Shown here: in pieces, positions 47,813 to 55,946 of the stretch
Numbering within the stretch: the first letter of the stretch is position 1
Layout of the letters: each line of letters begins with the position of its first letter
Origin: Candidatus Tayloriibacteriota bacterium
GTDB taxonomy: Bacteria > Patescibacteriota > Minisyncoccia > Phycocordibacterales > UBA6065
Direction of reading: 5' to 3'
NCBI GenBank assembly: GCA_016215405.1
Contig: JACRJQ010000007.1
Coordinates: 143 to 64,142, forward strand
DNA: 64,000 nt
Translations under genes and position numbers: made by a program
Notes under the pieces: model-generated
Database searches by the model: none
The model's input: only the letters and a program-made list of their open reading frames with translations
Told to the model about the DNA's origin: nothing

Positions 47813-47950
47813 ATTTTATTGCGTGACCCGAATCCGACAAGTCACATAAATATGACGAGAGAATCAAATCACTGGTTCTCCAGTAATGAGGAGAATTAAC
47901 GCTGTTTTAGAATTATAGCAAACTTTATGGCCCGAGTCAATGAACGCGGG

Positions 47951-49627
47951 CTACTCGGCCTTAGACTTCGGCGCGAAGCCTAATATGGCCCGAGCGAGGC
48001 GGATGTGGAGAAAGGACACGTTCGCGCCCACTTTCGACTTTATAGGCGAAAGGAGGAGCTCGTCGGACTCGCCGGAGAGCTCCTCTATCGCCTTTTCGAT
48101 CTTCTTCCAGTGCAAAGGCGACACCTCGCGCTTCAGATACGATATATCCATCTGGGCTTCGAGCTCGAGGAGCTTCTCTATGTGGGCGACTATGGTCTCG
48201 GGCGTCATCTCCCTCTCTTTGGCCATCTCGGCGACGGATTTCTTCGCTTCGATGAGAGCGAGCGTCTCTTCATAGGTCGAAAGCTTCTTTTCCTTTGGCG
48301 ACGGCTTGTTCTTCGCCACGAAATCCTCCTGGAGCTTTCGAAGCTCGGCAGGCCTGTCCTCGGCGAGCTCTTCGAGCCACACCTCTGCCTCCTCGGAGAG
48401 CTTTTGGAGGTCCGCGTCCCTCTCGAACACCTCATAATGCACGGAAAGGGCCGTCTCGTTCATACCGAGGATGGTGAGCCCGTCGAGAGTGCGCACGCGC
48501 GAGAGGGCGACGTACCCCATGCCGGGCTCGAACGATTTCGAGAGGTCGACCTCGACCGCGTCTAAGGACATCCCCTGGCTCTTGTGGACCGTTATCGCCC
48601 AGGCGAGGCGCAAAGGGTACTGCTCTATCAAGGCGAGCTCCTTGCCGTCCTCCTCTATCGTCCACGTGGCCTTCTCGATCCTGATCATGCGCCCGTCAGC
48701 CGCGCGGATGACCGGATCCTCGCCCGTTACGCACGATTCGACGATGCCTAGTGTGCCGTTCACGTAGCCCTCGTCGAAATTGTTCTTCACGCACATGACG
48801 CGCGCTCCCTTTTTAAGGCGGAGCACCTCGGGAGCGAGGCAGGATTTCTTCAACACCGCGACGAGCCTTTCGCGGCCCTTCGATTCCATGCGGTATTCAG
48901 TGAAGCCCATGCTCTCGAGGAGGTCGAATTCCCTCTCGTTGAGGGAATCGACGTCGACGTTGTGGGTAAAGAGCCTGGTCGGCTCGATCTTGGACGTCCT
49001 CTTGCCGTGCCTCGACTGCAAAAGCTCGCGCGACCCGTCGGAGACGTCGTTTCTGCGTATCTCGCTTAGGATAGAGAGCACTTCGCCGTCCTTGTGCCTG
49101 TGCTGCTCCGAGAGGTAGCAGATGAAGAACTTCGCCTCTGCCCAGGATTCGGAATGGTATATGAAGCGGCTCTCGGGCTCGCCGGGTCGGGAGACGGGCG
49201 GCAGCTGGAAGAAGTCGCCGCACAAGACGACCTGGACGCCGCCGAACGGGAGCTCGTTTCCCTTCATGGCCTTCATCACCTCGTTCACGAGATCGAAGCG
49301 GTAGTGATGGAGCATGGAGACCTCGTCGATGATGAGGACCTTCACCTTCTCGAAGCGCCTGCGGAGGTAGGCCTTCTCGGCGAGGCCCATGATGTCGTTT
49401 TGCGTGAGCGAGGCCTCGATGCCGATCCCTGCCCACGAATGGATGGTCATGCCGCCCATATGGGTCGCGGCGATGCCCGTCGAGGCGGTGACGCCTACGT
49501 CGATCTCGTTATCGCGCAGGTATTTTATGTAGGAATTGACGAGATGCGTCTTTCCGGAGCCCGCCGGGCCCGTGATGAACGCGTTCTTTCCCGTCTTTAG
49601 GATCTCTAGTGCTTGCGCCTGAGTCAT
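47951..49627 (-). CDS. PIF1-family DNA helicase with C-terminal HTH
   Basis: GPAGSGKT, IIDEVSM, GDFFQLPPV, NGTLG, QYPLRLAWAITVHKSQGMSLD, YVALSR. Confidence 0.95.
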   Translation of the reverse strand: MTQAQALEILKTGKNAFITGPAGSGKTHLVNSYIKYLRDNEIDVGVTASTGIAATHMGGMTIHSWAGIGIEASLTQNDIMGLAEKAYLRRRFEKVKVLIIDEVSMLHHYRFDLVNEVMKAMKGNELPFGGVQVVLCGDFFQLPPVSRPGEPESRFIYHSESWAEAKFFICYLSEQHRHKDGEVLSILSEIRRNDVSDGSRELLQSRHGKRTSKIEPTRLFTHNVDVDSLNEREFDLLESMGFTEYRMESKGRERLVAVLKKSCLAPEVLRLKKGARVMCVKNNFDEGYVNGTLGIVESCVTGEDPVIRAADGRMIRIEKATWTIEEDGKELALIEQYPLRLAWAITVHKSQGMSLDAVEVDLSKSFEPGMGYVALSRVRTLDGLTILGMNETALSVHYEVFERDADLQKLSEEAEVWLEELAEDRPAELRKLQEDFVAKNKPSPKEKKLSTYEETLALIEAKKSVAEMAKEREMTPETIVAHIEKLLELEAQMDISYLKREVSPLHWKKIEKAIEELSGESDELLLSPIKSKVGANVSFLHIRLARAILGFAPKSKAE

Positions 49628-49684
49628 AGAGGCGATTGTATCACGCGGCGAGGCGCTCGCCCCTAAAGAGAATATAAAGCGGGA

Positions 49685-50608
49685 TCAAGAGCCCGCGATG
49701 CGGTTTATGAGCCTTTCGAACGGACGGACGAAGACGAGGAATATGAGGGCCGAGAGGACGTTGAATATGAGGTGGACGTTCGCAACCTGATGGTCGAGAG
49801 ACCCGCCGAGGGACGAGACGAGCGCGTTGAAGGGAGCAAGGAACGGCAGGAGGGCGATGATGCCGATGAAGTTGAAGAGGAAATGCGCGAGGGCCGCCTT
49901 GTACGCCGCCGCGTTCATGCCGATAGAGGCGACGAGGGCGGTCACGGTCGTGCCGAGGTTCGCGCCGAGGATGATGCCCACCGCCTGTTCCATAGAGAGG
50001 AAGCCCGTCCCCGCGAGAAGGACGGTGACGCCCGAGGTGACGGTCGAAGCCTGCACTACGACCGTGAAGATCGCGCCGACGATGATGGCCCAGTAGACGT
50101 TCGTGATCTTGGAGAAGAACGAGAGCACGTCGGGATCGGTGCGCAAAGGCTCGACGTAGCTCGTGATGAGGGAGAGCGAGAGGAAGACGAGGCCGAAATA
50201 GAAGATGGGCTTGCCGAGGTGCTTGTAGCCGCGGCCCAAGTAGCCGACGAGGAAGCCTATGATGATAAAGAGAGGCGCGATGTTCGCCACGTCAAAGGCG
50301 ACGAGCTGGGTGATGAGGGACGTGCCGACGTTCGCGCCGAATATGACGCCCAAAGACTGGTAGAACGACAGGACACCCGCGTTCACGAGCGAGACCACGA
50401 GGACCGTCGTCGCGGTCGAGGACTGGATGAGCGCGGTAAAGAACGTCCCCGCGAGAAACCCTTTGAGGGGCGTCTCGGTGAGGGCGTCGAGCATCGACTT
50501 GAACCGCTCCCCCGCTATCCTCCTTATCTGGTTGGAGAATTTCTGGATGCTGAAAAGGAAGACGAGGACGAGCGCGAGGACCGGCAGCACGACCGTAGTG
50601 AGGATCAT
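49685..50608 (-). CDS. Na+/Pi cotransporter family protein (no PhoU domain)
   Basis: QSSTATT, GANVGT and QASTVT, GANLGTT repeats; HFLFN. Confidence 0.93.
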   Translation of the reverse strand: MILTTVVLPVLALVLVFLFSIQKFSNQIRRIAGERFKSMLDALTETPLKGFLAGTFFTALIQSSTATTVLVVSLVNAGVLSFYQSLGVIFGANVGTSLITQLVAFDVANIAPLFIIIGFLVGYLGRGYKHLGKPIFYFGLVFLSLSLITSYVEPLRTDPDVLSFFSKITNVYWAIIVGAIFTVVVQASTVTSGVTVLLAGTGFLSMEQAVGIILGANLGTTVTALVASIGMNAAAYKAALAHFLFNFIGIIALLPFLAPFNALVSSLGGSLDHQVANVHLIFNVLSALIFLVFVRPFERLINRIAGS

Positions 50609-50647
50609 GAGAGATATAGTATCAGAAAGCCTGGATAGGGCTGTGAA

Positions 50648-51232
50648 TTACTCGGCCAACGCCGGCTTTTTCCACAGGATCGCATACAGAGTGCCCACCG
50701 TCGCGACGAGCACTATCGGATAGAGCCAGACGGAGAGGCCGGTGTCGGTGCCGATCGCGACGGTAGCGAGATTGAGAAGGACGCCCGCGAAGAAGAACGA
50801 CCAGGCGACCTTCGACTCCTTGCCCGGCATGATCCAGGCTTTACGGATCGTGGGGACGTAACCCGAGACATAGACGACCAAGTTCGCGACGAGGGCCACG
50901 AAGGCGCTCCCTGTATACCACCAGAGGAAAAGGGACGCCAGGGATACGAAGAGGGATATGCGGTCCGTTTTCGACCAGCCTCCCACGCCGAGAGGTATCG
51001 AGAGGAGGAATATGAGGGTGCATCCCACGGCGTCGGCGACGGGCACCCAGATAGCCTCATGCGTGCCGGTCTCCTTTACCCCGAAGAGGAGCACGATGGT
51101 CGAGAGCGACCATATGAACCACGACGCGCGGTTAGGCACCGTCTTTTTCGTCGCGACCTCATAGATATACGGTATGTATCCTACGATAAGGAGGGCTCCC
51201 GATATCGCGCCTAGGATCTGCGGCAATGTCAT
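50648..51232 (-). CDS. Multi-pass membrane protein (PQ-loop/SWEET-like pattern)
   Basis: IPYI...T.PN.ASWFIW, PT.RKAW..P..E...W. Confidence 0.8.
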   Translation of the reverse strand: MTLPQILGAISGALLIVGYIPYIYEVATKKTVPNRASWFIWSLSTIVLLFGVKETGTHEAIWVPVADAVGCTLIFLLSIPLGVGGWSKTDRISLFVSLASLFLWWYTGSAFVALVANLVVYVSGYVPTIRKAWIMPGKESKVAWSFFFAGVLLNLATVAIGTDTGLSVWLYPIVLVATVGTLYAILWKKPALAE

Positions 51233-51271
51233 GGGAAAAGTATAGCAGAGGCTCGCCGCGATGCGCGAGGC

Positions 51272-51736
51272 CTAGCTCTTGCTCTGCCTCTCGTACCGGC
51301 CCATGAGCTCGGCTTTGGCGATGACGTGCCCCTCCATCGCCTCGAGGATCTCGGGCTTCTTCACGCCTTTCTTTAGGGCGAGCTGGGTATCGAGGGCATA
51401 GAGGCGGAAATAATAGCGGTGCTCGCCTTCGGGCGGACAGGGTCCGATGTATGCCGTCTGCCCTGCCGAATTCGCTCCGTACGTCCCCGGCATCACGGCG
51501 TCGACCTCTTTCGCGCCGGGGGTCTTCGGCGGGATGTTAAAGACGACCCAATGGTCGAAGATCCCCGAAGGCTCGATCTCGACGGGGACGTCTATGTCCT
51601 CAGCTATAAGGACGAGGGATTTCGCCTCTGCCGGCACGGCGTCGAAATCGAGAGGCACATGCCTGTTCTCCCCGTCGCAGGTGTATTGCGGCGGTATCGA
51701 CCCTTCATGTCCGAACGCTGGGCTCGTTATCTTCAT
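51272..51736 (-). CDS. YbhB/YbcL (PEBP) family protein
   Basis: ITSPAF..G.IP..YTCDG, HWVVFNI, GPCPP, HRYYF.LYALD. Confidence 0.95.
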   Translation of the reverse strand: MKITSPAFGHEGSIPPQYTCDGENRHVPLDFDAVPAEAKSLVLIAEDIDVPVEIEPSGIFDHWVVFNIPPKTPGAKEVDAVMPGTYGANSAGQTAYIGPCPPEGEHRYYFRLYALDTQLALKKGVKKPEILEAMEGHVIAKAELMGRYERQSKS

Positions 51737-51777
51737 ACACAGATACTACGAAGCGAACGCCCTCAATATCTTCAATG

Positions 51778-51814
51778 AAAAAGCCCCGCGAGCCGTAGGC
51801 TCGCGGGGCTTTTT
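51778..51814. terminator. Intrinsic terminator
   Basis: aaaaagccccgcgagcc-gta-ggctcgcggggcttttt. Confidence 0.8.
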
Positions 51815-51815
51815 A

Positions 51816-53096
51816 TCATTTCGCTATCAAAGAGTATTGGACTATCCAGACGAGAGCGCAGGCGGCGAACCCAAGGAGAGCTGGGACGAAGGCGACTCTG
51901 AAATATTTCTCGAAGGTAAGCCCTTTGACGAGGCCCATGGCCACGACCCCCGCCGCGGAGCCAAGAGAGAGGAGCGACCCTCCGATACCGACCATAAGAG
52001 CGAGGAGAACCCAGAGCTGAGGGTCAGAGACGTCCAGGATCTTTATCGCGATCGCGGTAAGGGGGATGTTGTCGAGGACGGAGGATATCGCTCCGAGGCC
52101 GATATTGCCGACTATCACCCGCGAAGTCTCCGTATCGGCTCCGTACACCCCGTTCGATACTGCTTCGAGGACCCCGAGAGAGCCCAGGGCCGAGACCGCG
52201 AGGAGGATGCCGATAAAGAATTTGATGGAACCGAGGTCGGATTTCTGGATGAGGTGCTCGATCGACGCGGTAAGGTGCGTCTCGGCTCCTGAAGTCCTTT
52301 TGAATATATCGACGAGCATCCACGTCATGCCGAGGCCTAAAAGGATGCCGAGGACGGGCGGCAGATGGACCCCCTTTACGAGCACGGGAAGGAGGAACGA
52401 TATGAGAACGAATCCCAAGACGGCTTTTTCGCTCTGAAGCATGGCGATAGCCGGGACGGCGTCAGTGCGCACGGACGGCTCCGGCTTTATCTTGCGCACG
52501 AAAAGGGCCATGGAGACGAGGAGCGCCGCGAGAGACGGCAGGAAACCGTAGAGCATTATCTCGATCGCCGAGAATTTATCGGCGAGCCAGAGCATGATGG
52601 TCGTCACATCCCCTATCGGAGAGAACGCCCCGCCCGCGTTCGCGGCGATGACGACCCCTGCGGACGCAAGGTAGAGGTTCTCGTCCCAAAAGAACTTCCT
52701 CGCTATCTGGATCATGACGATGGTCGTCGTGAGGTTATCCAAGACGGCCGACAGAAAGAACGTGATCGTGAGAACGGCGCAGAACTGGCCCGTAAGAGAC
52801 ATGTTCCAAGAAGAGAGCTTCGACTTTATGAAATCGAAGAGGCGGTAATGTCCCGCGATCTCGACGAGGGACATCGCCGCGAGGAGAAAAGCGACGAGGC
52901 TGAATATCTCGGAGCCCGTATGGAGTATGTTCTCCTCTATGCCCTGAGGGTCGAAAAGGCCGAGGAGTATCCAGAGCAGGCCGCCCATAGAGAGAGCGAC
53001 CGCCGACTTGCCCACTTTAAGCTTCGTCTCGAGAGCGATGACCGCATACCCGAGGACGAACACCAGAGACGCTACCGCTTGTGCCACCTGTGCCAT
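51816..53096 (-). CDS. nhaD: Na+/H+ antiporter NhaD family
   Basis: FFLSAVLDNLTTTIVM, AANAGGAFSPIGDVTT, DNIPL, GGS.L..GSAAGV. Confidence 0.93.
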   Translation of the reverse strand: MAQVAQAVASLVFVLGYAVIALETKLKVGKSAVALSMGGLLWILLGLFDPQGIEENILHTGSEIFSLVAFLLAAMSLVEIAGHYRLFDFIKSKLSSWNMSLTGQFCAVLTITFFLSAVLDNLTTTIVMIQIARKFFWDENLYLASAGVVIAANAGGAFSPIGDVTTIMLWLADKFSAIEIMLYGFLPSLAALLVSMALFVRKIKPEPSVRTDAVPAIAMLQSEKAVLGFVLISFLLPVLVKGVHLPPVLGILLGLGMTWMLVDIFKRTSGAETHLTASIEHLIQKSDLGSIKFFIGILLAVSALGSLGVLEAVSNGVYGADTETSRVIVGNIGLGAISSVLDNIPLTAIAIKILDVSDPQLWVLLALMVGIGGSLLSLGSAAGVVAMGLVKGLTFEKYFRVAFVPALLGFAACALVWIVQYSLIAK

Positions 53097-53288
53097 AGGA
53101 GAAGATTAAGCCCTGTATAAGATGTCGAAAACGGAGATCTCCGATTTTTTGACGACAAGTCCCCAGACTATTCCCTTTTCGATACAATTTCAAAGGGTTT
53201 TTCCACAGGGGTGGGCTAGGCGAGGGCGCGTCTCGGCGATCTTTTCGGCAAGGAAACAAAACACCTCAACCGGTTGAGGTGTTTTCGT

Positions 53289-53306
53289 TTTGTTGCCGGA
53301 CTTGGA
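53289..53306. repeat. 18-bp direct repeat of the tRNA-Gln 3' end (att-like)
   Basis: tttgttgccggacttgga is identical to 53520-53537. Confidence 0.8.
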
Positions 53307-53481
53307 CCAGGAGTACCTTTATCGCCCTCGACTCGGAAATAGAGACTTGGACCATGAGTACATGTATCGAAACTTACAGTTTCAGTACCCGTTTCCCATT
53401 TTCTCGGATGAATACATTCTCGAAAATATGGGAGAACGGCTTCGATTCCAAGGCGCATCTGCCTCAGGCAGATGCTTCCGG

Positions 53482-53524
53482 ACAAATTGAAAAGAGCCCC
53501 GTAAAGGAGCTCTTTTCAATTTGT
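53482..53524 (-). terminator. tRNA terminator hairpin
   Basis: acaaattgaaaagagc...gctcttttcaatttgt, 16-bp stem. Confidence 0.7.
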
Positions 53525-53594
53525 TGCCGGACTTGGAATCGAACCAAAATTTTCGCTTTCAGAGAGCGACGTCCTGCCTTTAGACGATCCGGCA
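53524..53594 (-). tRNA. tRNA-Gln(CTG)
   Basis: TGCCGGA/TCCGGCA acceptor, TCGCT-CTCTGAA-AGCGA anticodon arm, GGTTCGATTCC T arm; CCA not encoded. Confidence 0.95.
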
Positions 53595-53691
53595 ATGCCC
53601 TAAGAAATTAGCATACTCGGTCGAGAAAATAAAGATTGAGGCAAAACAAAGGCCGTCGCGAGGGACGGCCTGGAAAGGAAAGGTCGTATGC

Positions 53692-54435
53692 TTAGACCTT
53701 GCGGTATTTGTTCGCGATCTTCACGGCGCGCTCGGGGCTATCGAGCGAGACGAGCTTCACGGCGAGCGACACGCGGTTCTTCTCGTCGAGCGCCTGCCAA
53801 TAGGTCTCGACGAGGGAGTCGCCATCGACGCCCGGGAGCGGCACGAGGAGAGGCTCTCCCACAAACGGCGGCAGAGGCTCTCCGTCGCCCGCGTAGGTCG
53901 TGACGCAGTAGCCGTAGCCTGCGGGGATCTTCTCGTAGCGGAAGAACTCCCTCTCGCATTCCGGGCTCCCGTGCGCCTTGCGGAGGATCGCGATCTCGGC
54001 GAGCGGGCGGTCGTCGCGGACCGAGAGGACGCCGGTGATCCGCGGAGTGAAGTTCGGCGCGTCGGGCTCATACTGGAAGATCGAGAGTCCGCGCTCGAGG
54101 GATCCCGAATGGAGGCATGCCGCGAGGGCCGCTTCCGTCTGGTGGCCGTTGCTTACGGCGTAGACGCCGTCGGCTTCGAGCATCGCGTCGTAGATGATGA
54201 GGCTCGGGTCCTTCACCTTGGACGGATCGGCCGCTTCGGTGAAGAGCCGCCCGCCGTCGCTCGAAAAGACCCGATTACGGCTGTTCTCGCTCCGGCCCAT
54301 GATCCAGTAGATGAGGACCAGCTTCGAGACGTCCGCGGTAAGGCCGAGGACGAGGCCGCGGCCGGGATACGGGTTCTTCGCGAGGGCGTCGAGGTTCCCT
54401 TGCGCTTCTTCATGCAGAACGGTGTTCATATTCAT
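53692..54435 (-). CDS. IMP cyclohydrolase-like protein (PurO family)
   Basis: YPGRG, YWIMGRS.NSRNR, DPSLIIY, SNGHQT, EPD.PNFTPRI.G, TY..DG.PLP.F.GEP. Confidence 0.9.
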   Translation of the reverse strand: MNMNTVLHEEAQGNLDALAKNPYPGRGLVLGLTADVSKLVLIYWIMGRSENSRNRVFSSDGGRLFTEAADPSKVKDPSLIIYDAMLEADGVYAVSNGHQTEAALAACLHSGSLERGLSIFQYEPDAPNFTPRITGVLSVRDDRPLAEIAILRKAHGSPECEREFFRYEKIPAGYGYCVTTYAGDGEPLPPFVGEPLLVPLPGVDGDSLVETYWQALDEKNRVSLAVKLVSLDSPERAVKIANKYRKV

Positions 54436-54583
54436 CTGTCATTCCTTGTTGAGGTTTTTGTGCTGAGACTCCTCGAAACACTACTTGAAAGGAGCCTCGC
54501 GTCAAGCGCCCTCCCCAGAGGCTCGACCGCGAGGGACCGTGTTCATAACCCCACCTCCCCGTAGTCTATAATTGACGCATCGC

Positions 54584-55942
54584 ATGGCACTCGCTTTTTC
54601 AAATCTAAAGAAGGGCGCTCGCAAGATACGAGAGAATCCCCAGCTCTTCTATACGATCGTCGTCGCCGTCCTCATCGCGGGAGCCTTCGTCCTCATGGCG
54701 GAGCGCTTCGTCCGTATCGCGAACGACGCCCAAGAGAGGCTCGTGAACGTCCGCATCGGCTCCCTGCAGGACGCCTTCGTCGCTTTCGCGCGCGACTCGA
54801 TAGGCGACCCCGAGAACCTCGAGCGAAAGATAGCCGAGGTGTCGCGGTCGAACGAGACCATAAAGAGCTTCAAGATATTCGAAAGGAGGCTCTCCACCTC
54901 GAGCCCTGCCGTCTTCGCGGTCATAGCGTCGAAAGACCCTACGGAGACAGGCTCTTCGGACCCGGGCGCGGAATTCCTCTACTCTCTAGCGTCGTCCGAC
55001 CCGCGAAGCTCCTTTACCCTCGAATCGACGGACGGAAAAGAAAGGCTCTTTCACACCGCGCGCGCAATCGAAGCCGCAGACGGGAGCGTCCTCGGAGTCG
55101 CCGTCACGACACAGACCCTCTCTCAGGCGGACAAGGCGATCGAGTCGAGCATACAGAGGTCGATCGCGATACTCGTCGCGGTCCTCATCGTCATCATGCT
55201 CCTGTTCCTGCGCCACTCCCGCATCATCGACTATTCGACCCTCTATCGAAAGCTCAAGGAAGTGGACCAGCTCAAGGACGACTTCATCTCCATGGCATCC
55301 CACGAGCTGAGGACTCCGCTATCCTCTATACGCGGCTATGCCGAGTTCATCCGCGAGGCGCCCGACCTCTCTGCGGACACCAAGCAATACGCCGAGAGGA
55401 TAGACGTATCCGCCAAAGACCTGGACTCTCTCGTCGCGGATATCCTCGACGTGTCGAGGATCGAGCAAGGCAGGATGTCCTTCAAAACGGAGCGCCTCGA
55501 CGCCTCCTCGGCGGTAAAAGACGTCGTCTCCTCCCTCTCCCTGCCGGCCAAAGACAAGGGTCTCGCCCTTTCCTTCGAATCGAAGGCGCCGGAAGCGGCG
55601 ATCCTCGCCGATAAAGACAGGCTGCGCCAGGCCCTCACGAACATCATAGGGAACGCGGTCAAATATACGAAGCAAGGAGAGGTCAAAGCGGCGGTATATG
55701 CCGAAGGCGGCAAGCTCTTTGTACGCATAAGCGACACCGGGGTCGGCATGTCCGCCGAGGAACAGAAGAGGCTCTTCGAGAAGTTCTACAGGATCCGGAC
55801 GAAGGATACGGAGGACATAAAGGGAACGGGCCTCGGCCTCTGGATAACGGCGCAGATCATACGCGAGATGAAAGGATCGATCTCTGTCGAATCCATAAAG
55901 GGAGTCGGCTCGCATTTCATAATCGCATTTCCATTAGCTTAA
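54584..55942 (+). CDS. Membrane sensor histidine kinase
   Basis: 2 TMs, SHELRTPL, N.IGNAVKYT, DTG.G, FEKFYR, GTGLGL. Confidence 0.96.
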   Translation: MALAFSNLKKGARKIRENPQLFYTIVVAVLIAGAFVLMAERFVRIANDAQERLVNVRIGSLQDAFVAFARDSIGDPENLERKIAEVSRSNETIKSFKIFERRLSTSSPAVFAVIASKDPTETGSSDPGAEFLYSLASSDPRSSFTLESTDGKERLFHTARAIEAADGSVLGVAVTTQTLSQADKAIESSIQRSIAILVAVLIVIMLLFLRHSRIIDYSTLYRKLKEVDQLKDDFISMASHELRTPLSSIRGYAEFIREAPDLSADTKQYAERIDVSAKDLDSLVADILDVSRIEQGRMSFKTERLDASSAVKDVVSSLSLPAKDKGLALSFESKAPEAAILADKDRLRQALTNIIGNAVKYTKQGEVKAAVYAEGGKLFVRISDTGVGMSAEEQKRLFEKFYRIRTKDTEDIKGTGLGLWITAQIIREMKGSISVESIKGVGSHFIIAFPLA

Positions 55943-55946
55943 ACAT

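Noticed and set aside
53290-53611. ORFs overlapping the tRNA region
   Set aside because: They are translations of tRNA antisense and repeat sequence with no recognisable domain.
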